A stretch of DNA of 64,000 bases from Erysipelotrichaceae bacterium. Its GTDB lineage: Bacteria; Bacillota_I; Bacilli_A; RFN20; CAG-826. Location of the stretch: the NCBI GenBank assembly GCA_015059065.1, contig SVBE01000003.1, positions 2,000-65,999 of the forward strand, written 5' to 3'. A program made the translations under genes and the position numbers. Shown piece after piece: positions 29,671 to 39,826 of this stretch. Within the stretch, counting starts at the first letter, position 1. Every line of letters begins with the position of its first letter. The notes beneath the pieces were generated by a model that saw nothing but the letters and a program-made list of their open reading frames with translations, was not told the DNA's origin and did not search any database.

Positions 29671-30568
29671 GAAAAGGTTTCCTAATAAAAAAGTTGATAA
29701 AAATTCCTATCGTGAATTCGTTGTTAATCACGATTGTGAGCTTTTAGATTTTCTTTTTGAAACCCATCCAGGACAATCCAAAAATTCCGTAAAATCTCTT
29801 TTGACAAATAGGCATGTAACCATTGAAGGCTCCCCTGTTACTCAATTCAATTTGAAGCTGTTTAAAGGTGACACAGTTATCATCTATAAAGAACCACAAA
29901 GAAAGGTGGTTAGAAGCAAACTCCCAATAATCTACGAAGACGACCATATCATCGTTATCAATAAGCCAAGTGGATTATTATCTATCGCTAGTGATAATGA
30001 GAAAAGATCAACCGCATATCGCATCCTTAGCGACTATGTTCAACAGAAAGACAAACATAACCGCGTTTTCGTTGTTCATAGATTAGATGAAGATACCTCA
30101 GGGGTATTAATGATTGCTAAAGACAAAGCTACACAAGAGAAATATCAAGATAATTGGAACGATTTAGTGAGCAAGAGAGGCTATTATGCAATCGTAGACG
30201 GCATATTAGATAAAAAACAAGGAACGATAACCTCATATTTAAAAAAGAACGCCCATAATATGATGTATTCCTCCAAAAAAAGTGGAGACGGACAATATTC
30301 GGTGACCCACTATAAGGTTATTAAGGAGAAAGACAACTACTCGCTTCTCGATGTCAACATTGATTCGGGTAGAAAAAATCAAATTAGGGTCCACCTTGGT
30401 GATATCGGCCATCACGTTATCGGCGATGATAAATATGGCAATCCATCTAATCCAATCGGAAGATTAGGATTACATGCTTATGAGCTTGATATAAAGGACC
30501 CGTATACTGGAAAAATCATGAAATTTAAGGCTCCAATGCCAAAAGAGTTTGATTTATTTATAAAATAA
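29657..30568 (+). CDS. RluA-family pseudouridine synthase with S4 domain
   Basis: IIYEDD, NKPSGL, VHRLDEDTSG, GRKNQIRVHL, IGDDKYG, LHAY. Confidence 0.93.
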   Translation: MNKNKKRFPNKKVDKNSYREFVVNHDCELLDFLFETHPGQSKNSVKSLLTNRHVTIEGSPVTQFNLKLFKGDTVIIYKEPQRKVVRSKLPIIYEDDHIIVINKPSGLLSIASDNEKRSTAYRILSDYVQQKDKHNRVFVVHRLDEDTSGVLMIAKDKATQEKYQDNWNDLVSKRGYYAIVDGILDKKQGTITSYLKKNAHNMMYSSKKSGDGQYSVTHYKVIKEKDNYSLLDVNIDSGRKNQIRVHLGDIGHHVIGDDKYGNPSNPIGRLGLHAYELDIKDPYTGKIMKFKAPMPKEFDLFIK

Positions 30569-30606
30569 AGTATTCCTTTTTTTGCGTGTATTGTTAAAAT
30601 ATACAC

Positions 30607-32190
30607 ATGCTTAGGAAGATTTCGAAAAACTTATTAACTGCTCTATTATCCATAATGCCGATGATTGTCATCGTCATTTTATTATCAGTTGTTCCGTTTA
30701 ATAATGGAACGGCTATGTATGCCCTTAATGGGTTTGATTACTTCGCTTTATTCTTTGGAGCATTCCTTCTCGTTGTCGGTTTAGCGATATTCCAGACTGG
30801 CACATTTGAAGGTTTAACTAAGGTTGGCCAATATATGGGAAACTCTTTATCTTCCCAACCCAAATATTTTGTTATCGTAGTATTCTCGTTCTTGCTAGGC
30901 GCGCTTATCACATGTGCTGAGCCATCGATTATCATCGTCTCTAGCCAAATTGAGATCAATTCCTTCCTTTTAATTGGTTCAATTGCGGTAGGCGTTGGTG
31001 TTTTCGTTGTTATCGGCGTTATTCGTATTACCCAGCACGCTTCTTTGAAGGTGTGGTATTTATTCTTCTATTTGATTGTTTTCTTACTCATCTGCTTAAT
31101 TGCAGTCGATGATACATCGCGTAAGTTTTTGCCGTTTATCTTTGATGCAGGCGGCATTACAACTGGTTCTGCAACTGTGCCATTCATTTTAGCGTTAGGC
31201 ACAGGTATTGCTATTGCACGTGGTAAACATCCACATGAAGATAGTTTTGGTCTTGTCGGTATGGCTTCAATTGGTCCAATTATCACCATGACAATTCTTT
31301 TGTTGGTGAATAGAAGCGGCTTTGATCCATATAAGATTGAAAATCCTAATGCTTACGCTGATATTGGTGGTGTTTTTGGTGATATCGTTCGCGCTTTATT
31401 GCCTTCAGGTGCCACTCATTTAGGGTCACTAATTGAAGTTGGTATGGCTCTTGCTCCAATTCTTCTCATCTTCTTTATTTATGAAGCCATTTATATCAAA
31501 CTTCCGAAAGCGGAGATTCTTAGACTCATCAATGGTTTTATCATGAGCTATATTGGTCTAGTGATATTCCTTACAGGCGTTGGAGCGATTATGTCACCGT
31601 TTGGCACGCGTGTAGGTATGGCCTTAGGGGCGGTTAGCAGCGACTGGTTAATAATCGGTATATGCTTTGTAATCGGTCTTGTAACCATTGTTTGTGAGCC
31701 AGCTGTTCACGTATTAACCACACAGATCAACGAAGCTTCTGACGGCTACATTAAAAAGAGTACGATATTATTTGCCTTATCCATTGGTGTTGGAGCGGCT
31801 ATTGCCTTATCCGCGATTCGTTCTATCTTCAATTTCAACATCATGTACATTATCGTTCCAGGATATTTCTTATCCTTGGCGTTGATGTTTGCAACTCCAA
31901 ATTTATATACTGCGATGGCGTTTGATGCAGGTGGTACTGCTTCTGGTCCAATGTCCGTTTCTTTCGTTTTACCAATGATTATCGGTATCACGAAATCCAA
32001 ACACAACTTACCAATTGAATCTGTCGAATATTACACCCAGTCTTTCGGTGTTGTGGCCCTCATCGCGATGATGCCAATTTTAACTATTCAATTATTAGGT
32101 GTATATCTACAAGTTAAAAAGCTCATTCAACTCCGTGTTACTCGTGGAGTTATCGCTGATCCTAATGATGCACAGATTATTCACTTTTAA
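30607..32190 (+). CDS. DUF1538 membrane protein with two fused repeats
   Basis: Two repeats of (A/C)EP...FDAGG...(T/S)V motifs; followed by PII-like genes. Confidence 0.85.
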   Translation: MLRKISKNLLTALLSIMPMIVIVILLSVVPFNNGTAMYALNGFDYFALFFGAFLLVVGLAIFQTGTFEGLTKVGQYMGNSLSSQPKYFVIVVFSFLLGALITCAEPSIIIVSSQIEINSFLLIGSIAVGVGVFVVIGVIRITQHASLKVWYLFFYLIVFLLICLIAVDDTSRKFLPFIFDAGGITTGSATVPFILALGTGIAIARGKHPHEDSFGLVGMASIGPIITMTILLLVNRSGFDPYKIENPNAYADIGGVFGDIVRALLPSGATHLGSLIEVGMALAPILLIFFIYEAIYIKLPKAEILRLINGFIMSYIGLVIFLTGVGAIMSPFGTRVGMALGAVSSDWLIIGICFVIGLVTIVCEPAVHVLTTQINEASDGYIKKSTILFALSIGVGAAIALSAIRSIFNFNIMYIIVPGYFLSLALMFATPNLYTAMAFDAGGTASGPMSVSFVLPMIIGITKSKHNLPIESVEYYTQSFGVVALIAMMPILTIQLLGVYLQVKKLIQLRVTRGVIADPNDAQIIHF

Positions 32191-32201
32191 AGGAGGTATT
32201 T

Positions 32202-32825
32202 ATGGCTAAAAAAGAAGACAAAAAAACTAAAAAACCTGCAAAATCCCCAGAAAAAGAAGTGAAAAAAGCAGAGAAAAAAGAAACTATGGTAATCAAGAAA
32301 GACGCGATTAAAGCCGAGGTTAAACCAGTTAAAAAACCTGAGCCAAAACCTGAAGTTACACGCGAAACTAAAGTTATTGAAAAACCAAAAGTTGAACCAG
32401 CTAAAAAGGCTAAAGAAAATACGGTTGAAAAAATTGCTCACGGCGTTAAACCAAAGAAGGCTGTTAAAGAAACAAAATTTGAAGAGAAAAAAGACCTCGA
32501 CAAATTATATGTTTACTTCACAATTGTTAACGCAGGTGTGGCGAGCAGCGTGGTTAAAGTATTTGAAGAAATGGGGTGCAGCGTATCCTTTGTACAAAAC
32601 GGTATAGGTACCGCTAGTGAAGAAGTGAAAAAGGCTCTCCACATCCAAGACTCAAGAAAAGAAGTAGTGGTCTCTATCATTAGAGAAAGCCGCTTGGAAG
32701 ATATTGAAAAAGAGCTTGCAGCGTTCTTCTTAGCAAGCAGAAGAAATAAAGGGGTCGCATTCGCCACTAAGATGGATGCGATTCAAGGCGTAAGACTTTA
32801 TAAGTTCTTAAGCCAGACTTTATAG
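32202..32825 (+). CDS. PII-like protein with ~100-aa Lys/Glu/Pro-rich N-terminal extension
   Basis: TIVNAG...GIGTA...KEVVV...KGVAF PII-like fold after a low-complexity segment. Confidence 0.7.
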   Translation: MAKKEDKKTKKPAKSPEKEVKKAEKKETMVIKKDAIKAEVKPVKKPEPKPEVTRETKVIEKPKVEPAKKAKENTVEKIAHGVKPKKAVKETKFEEKKDLDKLYVYFTIVNAGVASSVVKVFEEMGCSVSFVQNGIGTASEEVKKALHIQDSRKEVVVSIIRESRLEDIEKELAAFFLASRRNKGVAFATKMDAIQGVRLYKFLSQTL

Positions 32826-32836
32826 GAGGATAAAAT

Positions 32837-33172
32837 ATGGCAAATTTTGAAACATTGTTCGCAGTAGTTAACGCCGGATTTACAGAAACGGTGATGGTGG
32901 CAGCGAGAGAAGCTGGTGCGAATGGGGGAACCATTATCCACGGACGTGGAGCGGGCTCTATTTTAGCCCAAAAGAAATACGGCATTGCTATTACTCCAGA
33001 AAAAGAAATCGCTATTATCCTCGTAAAGAAATCAATCGCCGATAAGGTAATGAATGCCATTTATAAAGCCGCAGGCGTAGGAACTCCAGCGGCTGGTATT
33101 ATCTTCTCCCTTCCCGCTGAACGGGTCGTGGGTCTTAAATATGATGCAGAAGAAGAGCCTAGTAATAACTAA
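32837..33172 (+). CDS. PII family signal protein
   Basis: VVNAG..E.VM.AAREAGANGGTIIHGRG, PEKEI, GIIFSLP. Confidence 0.88.
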   Translation: MANFETLFAVVNAGFTETVMVAAREAGANGGTIIHGRGAGSILAQKKYGIAITPEKEIAIILVKKSIADKVMNAIYKAAGVGTPAAGIIFSLPAERVVGLKYDAEEEPSNN

Positions 33173-36100
33173 GCTCTTTTTTCTTTACTAACTGTGAATC
33201 TATTCTTCTCACCTTCGAAGACATATCTTTGATAGACGAGTAAAGAAGTTAGATAAACGATGAATGATGTCCAAGAAATGGCCACTCCAACATTTCGATA
33301 TGGGGTGACGTATTCCATTGTATATTCACATTCTCCGACTTCAGAGATAAAGCCGACAAATCCACCCATGCTTAAATATTTCTTTAATTCTTTCTTTTGG
33401 CCGTTCTTATAAGAATAAACGTGCCATCCGTCGTCATAAGCCTCTTTAGAGATTACAAATCTCTCTTTATCATAATTGGTCTTAAAGGACCATTTATCAG
33501 CTTTATATGAGATAACTTCGATTGGATATTGAAGCCTATTGTTTAATCTTTCAAAATAATCTTTGCCTGATTCTGTTTTAATTCTAAAGACGCTGTTGGA
33601 CGAACCATATTTTCCGCAGTATGCGATAGCTTTAATTTTTCTATCTGTATAGAAGCCTCTAATTGGAGAGGGATTATCTGTGGAGTGGTCGCTGTGGTCA
33701 TCATAAGTGAAAATCTTATTGTTTTCATCGATTAGATAGATATCATATTTAACTGAACCGCTGAAAGGCGCGTGGATATATAAAGATTGTCCTTCGTCAA
33801 AATAATCGAAGGCCGTACCATCCTTTTTGGTGATGAAGGCGAAATAATGCATTGGGTTGATTTCTTCGTATGTCACCTCAGGCAAGGTGTTAGGAATAGA
33901 AACAATATCTTTAACAGGGTATGTTTTTCCCGTGCCTTCTGTTTTATAGAATTTCACTTGATATTTCGCAGAGGAAGAAGAACTATAACCCGATATCGAT
34001 AAATCGTGAATAGTTGGGTTGCTATAGATGTTTTCTTCATATAAAGAGATGTTTTTATTTGTTAATGTGGTGATTTCCTTGCTATCTTCATAACTCATGA
34101 TTGCAGTTTTTAGATAAGCCATGCCGTTATAGACGATGTAATATTCATCTCTTGATGAAGGAGTGTATATCTTGCTGAAATCTTTTTCGCCTTCTTCGTT
34201 ATAGGCAAATACCGTGTCATAAGAGAAGCCGAAATCAGGATATAGAGGATTCTTATAGACCGTGAAATTCTCACTTTCTAAAGAACTCACTTCCTCAAAA
34301 CCAAGAGGGACATTACCGCGATAAGCACCATATGCTTGTTTTATTGTTTCGCTTTTTGAATATAAGTCACCCTTATTTAAAACATAATATTTCATGTTTA
34401 AGAAGGTATCTAAGTCTTGAATCTTTCCGCGATATCTTCCCCCAACGGAATTAACACCTGATCTCATTCTTGACCATCTTGTGAAATAGTCGACATTGAA
34501 GTTATATAAAGAATGGAAATATGAACCGCTACTATAGCCGTTCATCATCGTGTTCTCATCTGAATAAGCATCATTAAAAGAAGTGAAGAAACGATTATGT
34601 ACCTTTTCTTCTCCTTTGATCCTATTGATGACATCATGTAGTTCGTTATTTATCGAATAACCATTGTTTTTCTTTGTGTCCCAGCCATGGAAATTGCTCA
34701 CTAATGTGCCCATTACAACAGCTTCCACAACCACCATACAAGTTAAGAATGTTTGAACGAATTTCTTCTTATTATAAAAGATAAATAATAAGATATAGGC
34801 TAATGTGGCATAACCGAGTTCAATGCCATAGGCAAGATGGGTGTAATCAAAATCTTTTACAAGGAATCTTTTGACTACAGTTCCTCGTGAACCGGTTTGT
34901 TGATATATCTCTGGTAGTTTTAAAGTTAAGATATAGGTTGCGATAATTCCTGCGATAGCGAAAGCATAACCAAAATGGATATAGTGTCTGTTCTTATGCT
35001 CTAAATCGCTGATATATAAAGAGACATAGGTGATAATCGAACTAGTGACAAATAATGTCCACCTTGCATAAGCATTAACCATTCCCATGAATAGGTAATA
35101 CATGAATGGGGTGCATAATGTTAATGTTAGTAATGCCGCGGCGATTAAATGAGAGAATTTCTTTCTTCTTGCTGAATCAATCAATGCTGGAACTAAGAAT
35201 AATATATTTGGTAGATAGACCCATAATGAACAGCATAGGTCATCAAAATCCCAACCTGTATACTTTAAAGTAGGCATACTTCTATCTGTTGTGGCAGGGA
35301 AGAAGAAGTTAAGGATTGGATAATACGCTCTTATGCCAATGGCCACATCGTGTTGGTCTTTCGCCTTTTCCCAATTGAAGATGTATGAGAAGACAAGACC
35401 AAAATCACGATCCTTAAAAGCTGTTTTAACATTTAACCAGTAGCTATTGGATGATACTTTTGGTGAATTGATTGTGGCAAAGAAGGCTGGCACTAAAATC
35501 GTGCCCGTGAGTAATAAGCCAAACGAGAATCCTAAAAATCCAAATAGAATGACCCAGAGATTATCTTTTAATGATCTTGTTCTAATCGTTTGGAAATAAC
35601 GAAACATCGCATAGAAGAAAGCAGCGATGATATAAGAAATCATTAAAACATAATTGCTGATAGTTAATAAGAATAAGCCAAACGCTAATAGCCATGGTTT
35701 CTTTTCTCTTATAACTTTCTCAATACCGAGTAAAACAATGGGGAAGAAGACTAATACATCTTGATAATTGTTATACCAAAGATAAAAGGCCATCCATCCG
35801 ACAAAGGCATAAGAGATGCCACCTAGTCTTGCGGCGAACTCCTTGCAGCCCATATATTTGAGGTAGTATCTAAACAGTAGTCCAGCGACCATTAGTTTGA
35901 TAATTGACATCAAGCCGATGACATATGGAACACACGGTCTTGGGAAGATTAATAAGATGATATTAAAAGGAGAGAATAAACCATAATAAGCATCGCTTCC
36001 AATCGTTGATGCCCCGAGATAAATGGTTTCATCAAATAAGGTGATATGACCAGTGGTTAAGATGCTGTAATAATAATCCCAAATGTGATAACCCATTGGA

Positions 36101-36291
36101 ACGTATTGCGCGGTAAAATCCCCTCCATAAGAGAGGATGAAACCGTTTTCTACTAACATCAAAAAATAGAAGGCAAAACCAACCAGTAATAGAAGCACCG
36201 CGTAATAAAAAAGCGAGTTTATATTTTTTAAAAAAGAAAAATCTATTTTAAAGTTTCTTTTTGGTTTATTGTTTACAAAATATGCTTCCAT
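33169..36291 (-). CDS. YfhO family membrane glycosyltransferase (GT-C fold)
   Basis: GDFTAQYVP, YYGLFSPFN, many TMs, large extracellular loop, C-terminal YDDGW...Y.TPY motif. Confidence 0.85.
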   Translation of the reverse strand: MEAYFVNNKPKRNFKIDFSFLKNINSLFYYAVLLLLVGFAFYFLMLVENGFILSYGGDFTAQYVPMGYHIWDYYYSILTTGHITLFDETIYLGASTIGSDAYYGLFSPFNIILLIFPRPCVPYVIGLMSIIKLMVAGLLFRYYLKYMGCKEFAARLGGISYAFVGWMAFYLWYNNYQDVLVFFPIVLLGIEKVIREKKPWLLAFGLFLLTISNYVLMISYIIAAFFYAMFRYFQTIRTRSLKDNLWVILFGFLGFSFGLLLTGTILVPAFFATINSPKVSSNSYWLNVKTAFKDRDFGLVFSYIFNWEKAKDQHDVAIGIRAYYPILNFFFPATTDRSMPTLKYTGWDFDDLCCSLWVYLPNILFLVPALIDSARRKKFSHLIAAALLTLTLCTPFMYYLFMGMVNAYARWTLFVTSSIITYVSLYISDLEHKNRHYIHFGYAFAIAGIIATYILTLKLPEIYQQTGSRGTVVKRFLVKDFDYTHLAYGIELGYATLAYILLFIFYNKKKFVQTFLTCMVVVEAVVMGTLVSNFHGWDTKKNNGYSINNELHDVINRIKGEEKVHNRFFTSFNDAYSDENTMMNGYSSGSYFHSLYNFNVDYFTRWSRMRSGVNSVGGRYRGKIQDLDTFLNMKYYVLNKGDLYSKSETIKQAYGAYRGNVPLGFEEVSSLESENFTVYKNPLYPDFGFSYDTVFAYNEEGEKDFSKIYTPSSRDEYYIVYNGMAYLKTAIMSYEDSKEITTLTNKNISLYEENIYSNPTIHDLSISGYSSSSSAKYQVKFYKTEGTGKTYPVKDIVSIPNTLPEVTYEEINPMHYFAFITKKDGTAFDYFDEGQSLYIHAPFSGSVKYDIYLIDENNKIFTYDDHSDHSTDNPSPIRGFYTDRKIKAIAYCGKYGSSNSVFRIKTESGKDYFERLNNRLQYPIEVISYKADKWSFKTNYDKERFVISKEAYDDGWHVYSYKNGQKKELKKYLSMGGFVGFISEVGECEYTMEYVTPYRNVGVAISWTSFIVYLTSLLVYQRYVFEGEKNRFTVSKEKRA

Positions 36292-36318
36292 TGTGCAGAT
36301 TTTCCTTATAAAACCCTG

Positions 36319-37167
36319 TTATTTTATTTTGATGGCAAGGTCGTAAACATCGTTTTTATTAACGTTATCAATCTTGCTGACGACTTCGCTTGCATCTTTT
36401 TTACTCATCCCTTTATTAAGAAGAATTTGTAGGTGCTCGATTATCTTTTTATCTTCGATGTTTTCTTTCTTATTGTTGCCTTCAATAACGATGACAATTT
36501 CACCGATTATAGAAGAGAAATCGAGTGTTAAAAAATCTTGTAATGATCCACGGATATATTCTTCGTTCTTCTTGGTTAATTCTCGAGCGATAACTGCTTT
36601 TCTATCTCCTAGATATTCATTTAATAACTGTATTGTTCTTTCAATGCGATGTGGGCTCTCATAAAAGATTAAAGTGGAAGGGAAAGATTCTAATCCTTCT
36701 AGTTCCTTTTTGGCTTCTGAATCCTTGCTAGAAAGGAAGCCATAGAAATAGAAATGATCGCTATTTAACCCCGACGCGACTAAAGCATTGATAAAAGCAG
36801 AACTTCCGGAAATAGTGGAGACAGCGATATCGTGGTTGATACATTCTTGAGCGAGGATGCTGCCTGGATCAGAAATGCATGGATAGCCAGCATCGCTGAC
36901 ATAGACAACTTTTTTGCCATTCAAGATGTCCTCAACAATCTTTAAACTCATCGCTTTTTCGTTATGCTCTCTTAAACTCACAAGGTTTTTCTTAATGTTG
37001 AAATGGGAGAGTAAGGAAAAAGTGTTCCTCGTATCTTCACAAGCGATTAAATCTGCCGAGTTTAAAACCTCAAGTGCACGCGGGGACAATTCTTTTAAAT
37101 TACCAATTGGAGTCGCGAGCAGATATAGAAGAGGTTTATTGTCCGCAAAATTCTTATCTCGTTTCAT
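36319..37167 (-). CDS. rsmI: 16S rRNA (cytidine1402-2'-O)-methyltransferase
   Basis: LYLLATPIGNL, CEDTR, VSDAGYPCISDPG, FYESPHRI, ARELTK. Confidence 0.96.
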   Translation of the reverse strand: MKRDKNFADNKPLLYLLATPIGNLKELSPRALEVLNSADLIACEDTRNTFSLLSHFNIKKNLVSLREHNEKAMSLKIVEDILNGKKVVYVSDAGYPCISDPGSILAQECINHDIAVSTISGSSAFINALVASGLNSDHFYFYGFLSSKDSEAKKELEGLESFPSTLIFYESPHRIERTIQLLNEYLGDRKAVIARELTKKNEEYIRGSLQDFLTLDFSSIIGEIVIVIEGNNKKENIEDKKIIEHLQILLNKGMSKKDASEVVSKIDNVNKNDVYDLAIKIK

Positions 37168-38206
37168 CGCTTGGTTTCTTATCTTCGTTTCTTCTGTTGT
37201 TATGACGTTGGTTTCTATTGTTTCGTCTATCGTTTCGACGATCGTTTCTGTTATCTCTATTTTCGTTTCTGTTATCGTTACGTCTTTCGTTTCTATTTTC
37301 TTTATTTTCGTTATTATCTTCGGCCTTTACTTCGTTTCGATCATTTCTACTATCACGTTCACGATTATCTTTGTTACGGTTACTTCTAAAATTGGTTTGT
37401 TTGGTAAAGTCTTCTAAGGTGAGGTTGATAATGTTTTCTTGGTTCTCTAATTTGATCGTTTCTGAAATTACGTTGATACCTGTCACCTTATATTCAACTT
37501 TATCGATGAAGAAAGTTTTGCCAAGTTCTGGGAAATTGACTTTGCAGTCCGTATAGATATCGTCTTCATATTTTAAGCAACACATAAGTTTGCCACAGTG
37601 TCCACTTAACTTAGGAACATTAATCGCGAGCATTTGGTTCTTTGCTCTATTGATGGAAATGCCGTCGAATTCATTGAGGAATGAAGAGCAGCATAATTCA
37701 CGACCACAAACGCCTAATCCCCCGATGGATTTAGCCTTATCTCTTGTGCCGATTTGTCTAAGTTCAATACGGGTATGTAATCTATGAGCGAGCACTTTTA
37801 AAAGTTCACGGAAGTCCACTCTATCATCAGCGAGATAAGAGAATATGACTTTTGCTTTATCTAAAGTGTATTCACAGGAAATTAATCTCATATCGAGATT
37901 GAGGTTTTTTGATTCCACTTCACAGATCTTTAATGCTTCGACTGCGTCTTTTTTGTTTGCTTCATCGATTTTGATATCGCTTTCTGAAGCTTTTCTTAAG
38001 ATTGGTTTTAATTCTAATTCGCTTTTTAGTTTGGCAATTTCGATTGGGGCAATAGTGACAGTGCCAAGCTCCATGCCTCTCACTGTTTCAACGACGACCT
38101 TATCGCCGTTTTTTAATGATTTATCGTCATAACCAAAAAAGTATGAACGGGAAGCGTTATCAAAAGTGATACCGACAAAATATGTAAAGTTATTATTTGG
38201 ACTCAT
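37154..38206 (-). CDS. ricT: PSP1-domain protein RicT/YaaT with Arg/Asn/Asp-rich tail
   Basis: VETVRG.E.G, RVDFREL, RIELRQIG.RD, CGRELCC, SGHCGKLMCCLKYE; AAGGAG RBS before ATG 38206. Confidence 0.93.
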   Translation of the reverse strand: MSPNNNFTYFVGITFDNASRSYFFGYDDKSLKNGDKVVVETVRGMELGTVTIAPIEIAKLKSELELKPILRKASESDIKIDEANKKDAVEALKICEVESKNLNLDMRLISCEYTLDKAKVIFSYLADDRVDFRELLKVLAHRLHTRIELRQIGTRDKAKSIGGLGVCGRELCCSSFLNEFDGISINRAKNQMLAINVPKLSGHCGKLMCCLKYEDDIYTDCKVNFPELGKTFFIDKVEYKVTGINVISETIKLENQENIINLTLEDFTKQTNFRSNRNKDNRERDSRNDRNEVKAEDNNENKENRNERRNDNRNENRDNRNDRRNDRRNNRNQRHNNRRNEDKKPSDETR

Positions 38207-39206
38207 GGTTAGCACTCCTTACGATGGATAAAATGATATGGTCTAATTGAAGAGGAATAGTGAGGTTTAAACCAATCATATTTCTCTGCTTTAATAGTTC
38301 TAATAGACAAGATGATATATCGATGTTGTTGTTCGCGAGTATATCTTGAAGTATTGTATCATAATTTGTTAAGGCTATCTCTCTATTATTTTGAATATTT
38401 AACAAATCTTCAAAAACCGCGATTAAACAATCTAAGAAAAAGCGGAAAGTTTCCTTTTTGTTCACTAGTGGTGATATTTTGCTTTGCACATAATAAACAG
38501 CGTATTCGTTGTCTCCATTTTTTAAGGCATCTAATAGTTCTTCTAAAGCTTTTTTACAGGTGAAATAACTAGCGCTTTCATCTTCATCATTAACAATCTC
38601 ATAAATGAGCTCGCCGTCATTATAGAAATAAGAGAGGAGTTCAGCATCGCTTCTTTCGACACCTAAATCGATTGCTTGTTCAATCACTATTTTGCGGTCT
38701 ATTGATTTGAGGTGAAGGGTTTGACAGCGTGAAACAATAGTAGGCAGTATCGCGTTCTCATTATTTGTAGTCAAGAAAGCATAAACACCTTCCTGAGGTT
38801 CTTCTAAGAATTTAAGGATACCATTAATCGCTTCTTCTCTCATATATTCAATACCATTGAGGACATAGACCATGATGCCTTTGTTCTCTAATGGTGTTTT
38901 TTCAAATTGATGAGAGATGTTATCAACTGCATCTTTGGAGATTAGTTTTTCTTCTCCATTTAAAATGATACAGTCAGGATAGTTATTATCATCAACTCTT
39001 AAACAAGAGATACAGTTGTTACAAGCAAGTGGAGAAGGATCGTCACATAATAAAGACTTCGCTAAAAAGGTGGCGATTTCTAATAATGGAACACCTTTGT
39101 TACCAACGAGCAAATAAGCATGAGAAAGCTTATTGTCGCTTAATGCGTTGACAAAGGTTTTATATATTGTTGGCTGATAATTTTTTAAATATTTTTCTAC
39201 TTGCAT
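38193..39206 (-). CDS. holB: DNA polymerase III delta' subunit
   Basis: SHAYLL, C..C..C zinc motif, NGILKFLEEP, LPTIVSRCQ; tmk-holB-ricT-rsmI synteny. Confidence 0.9.
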   Translation of the reverse strand: MQVEKYLKNYQPTIYKTFVNALSDNKLSHAYLLVGNKGVPLLEIATFLAKSLLCDDPSPLACNNCISCLRVDDNNYPDCIILNGEEKLISKDAVDNISHQFEKTPLENKGIMVYVLNGIEYMREEAINGILKFLEEPQEGVYAFLTTNNENAILPTIVSRCQTLHLKSIDRKIVIEQAIDLGVERSDAELLSYFYNDGELIYEIVNDEDESASYFTCKKALEELLDALKNGDNEYAVYYVQSKISPLVNKKETFRFFLDCLIAVFEDLLNIQNNREIALTNYDTILQDILANNNIDISSCLLELLKQRNMIGLNLTIPLQLDHIILSIVRSANHESK

Positions 39207-39817
39207 AAACGTGCTAATACCGCGTTCAATGCATCTTGTGCAACTTCTTCTCTAGACTTGCTAGCGTCGATAATCACAAAACGTTCAGGATATTTTTCTG
39301 CCAAATTAAGGAAGGTTTGACGGACTTTTTTATGAAATTCAAGCGTTTCTAAATCAAGACGATTGACTTCGCGATTTTTGTTTAATGATATTCTTTCTAA
39401 ACCTAATTCTGGTGGGATATCGAATAATAATGTGAGGTCTGGCCAAGTGTTTTCGGTAGCAAACATATTGATATTGATGATGTTTTCAATACCGAGATTT
39501 CTCGCTCCACCTTGATAGGCGAGAGATGAATCGATATAGCGGTCACAGATGACGATTTTGCCTTCTTTAACAGCAGGCCAAACTTTTTCGACTAAATGTT
39601 GTCTTCTTGCGGCCGCATATAATAAAGCTTCGGTACGACCATCCATTGTTTTGTTCTCTTTATCAAGGATGACATTGCGGATTTGTTCAGAGATAGGGGT
39701 ACCACCTGGTTCACGCGTTTTTAAAACATCATAACCGAGCTCTCTAAGCTTGTTGATGACTGTTTCAGTAGCGGTGGATTTGCCTGAACCTTCAGGTCCT
39801 TCGATTGTAACAAACAT
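39197..39817 (-). CDS. tmk: Thymidylate kinase
   Basis: EGPEGSGKST, TREPGG, CDRYIDSSLAYQG. Confidence 0.97.
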   Translation of the reverse strand: MFVTIEGPEGSGKSTATETVINKLRELGYDVLKTREPGGTPISEQIRNVILDKENKTMDGRTEALLYAAARRQHLVEKVWPAVKEGKIVICDRYIDSSLAYQGGARNLGIENIININMFATENTWPDLTLLFDIPPELGLERISLNKNREVNRLDLETLEFHKKVRQTFLNLAEKYPERFVIIDASKSREEVAQDALNAVLARLCK

Positions 39818-39826
39818 AATTATCTC

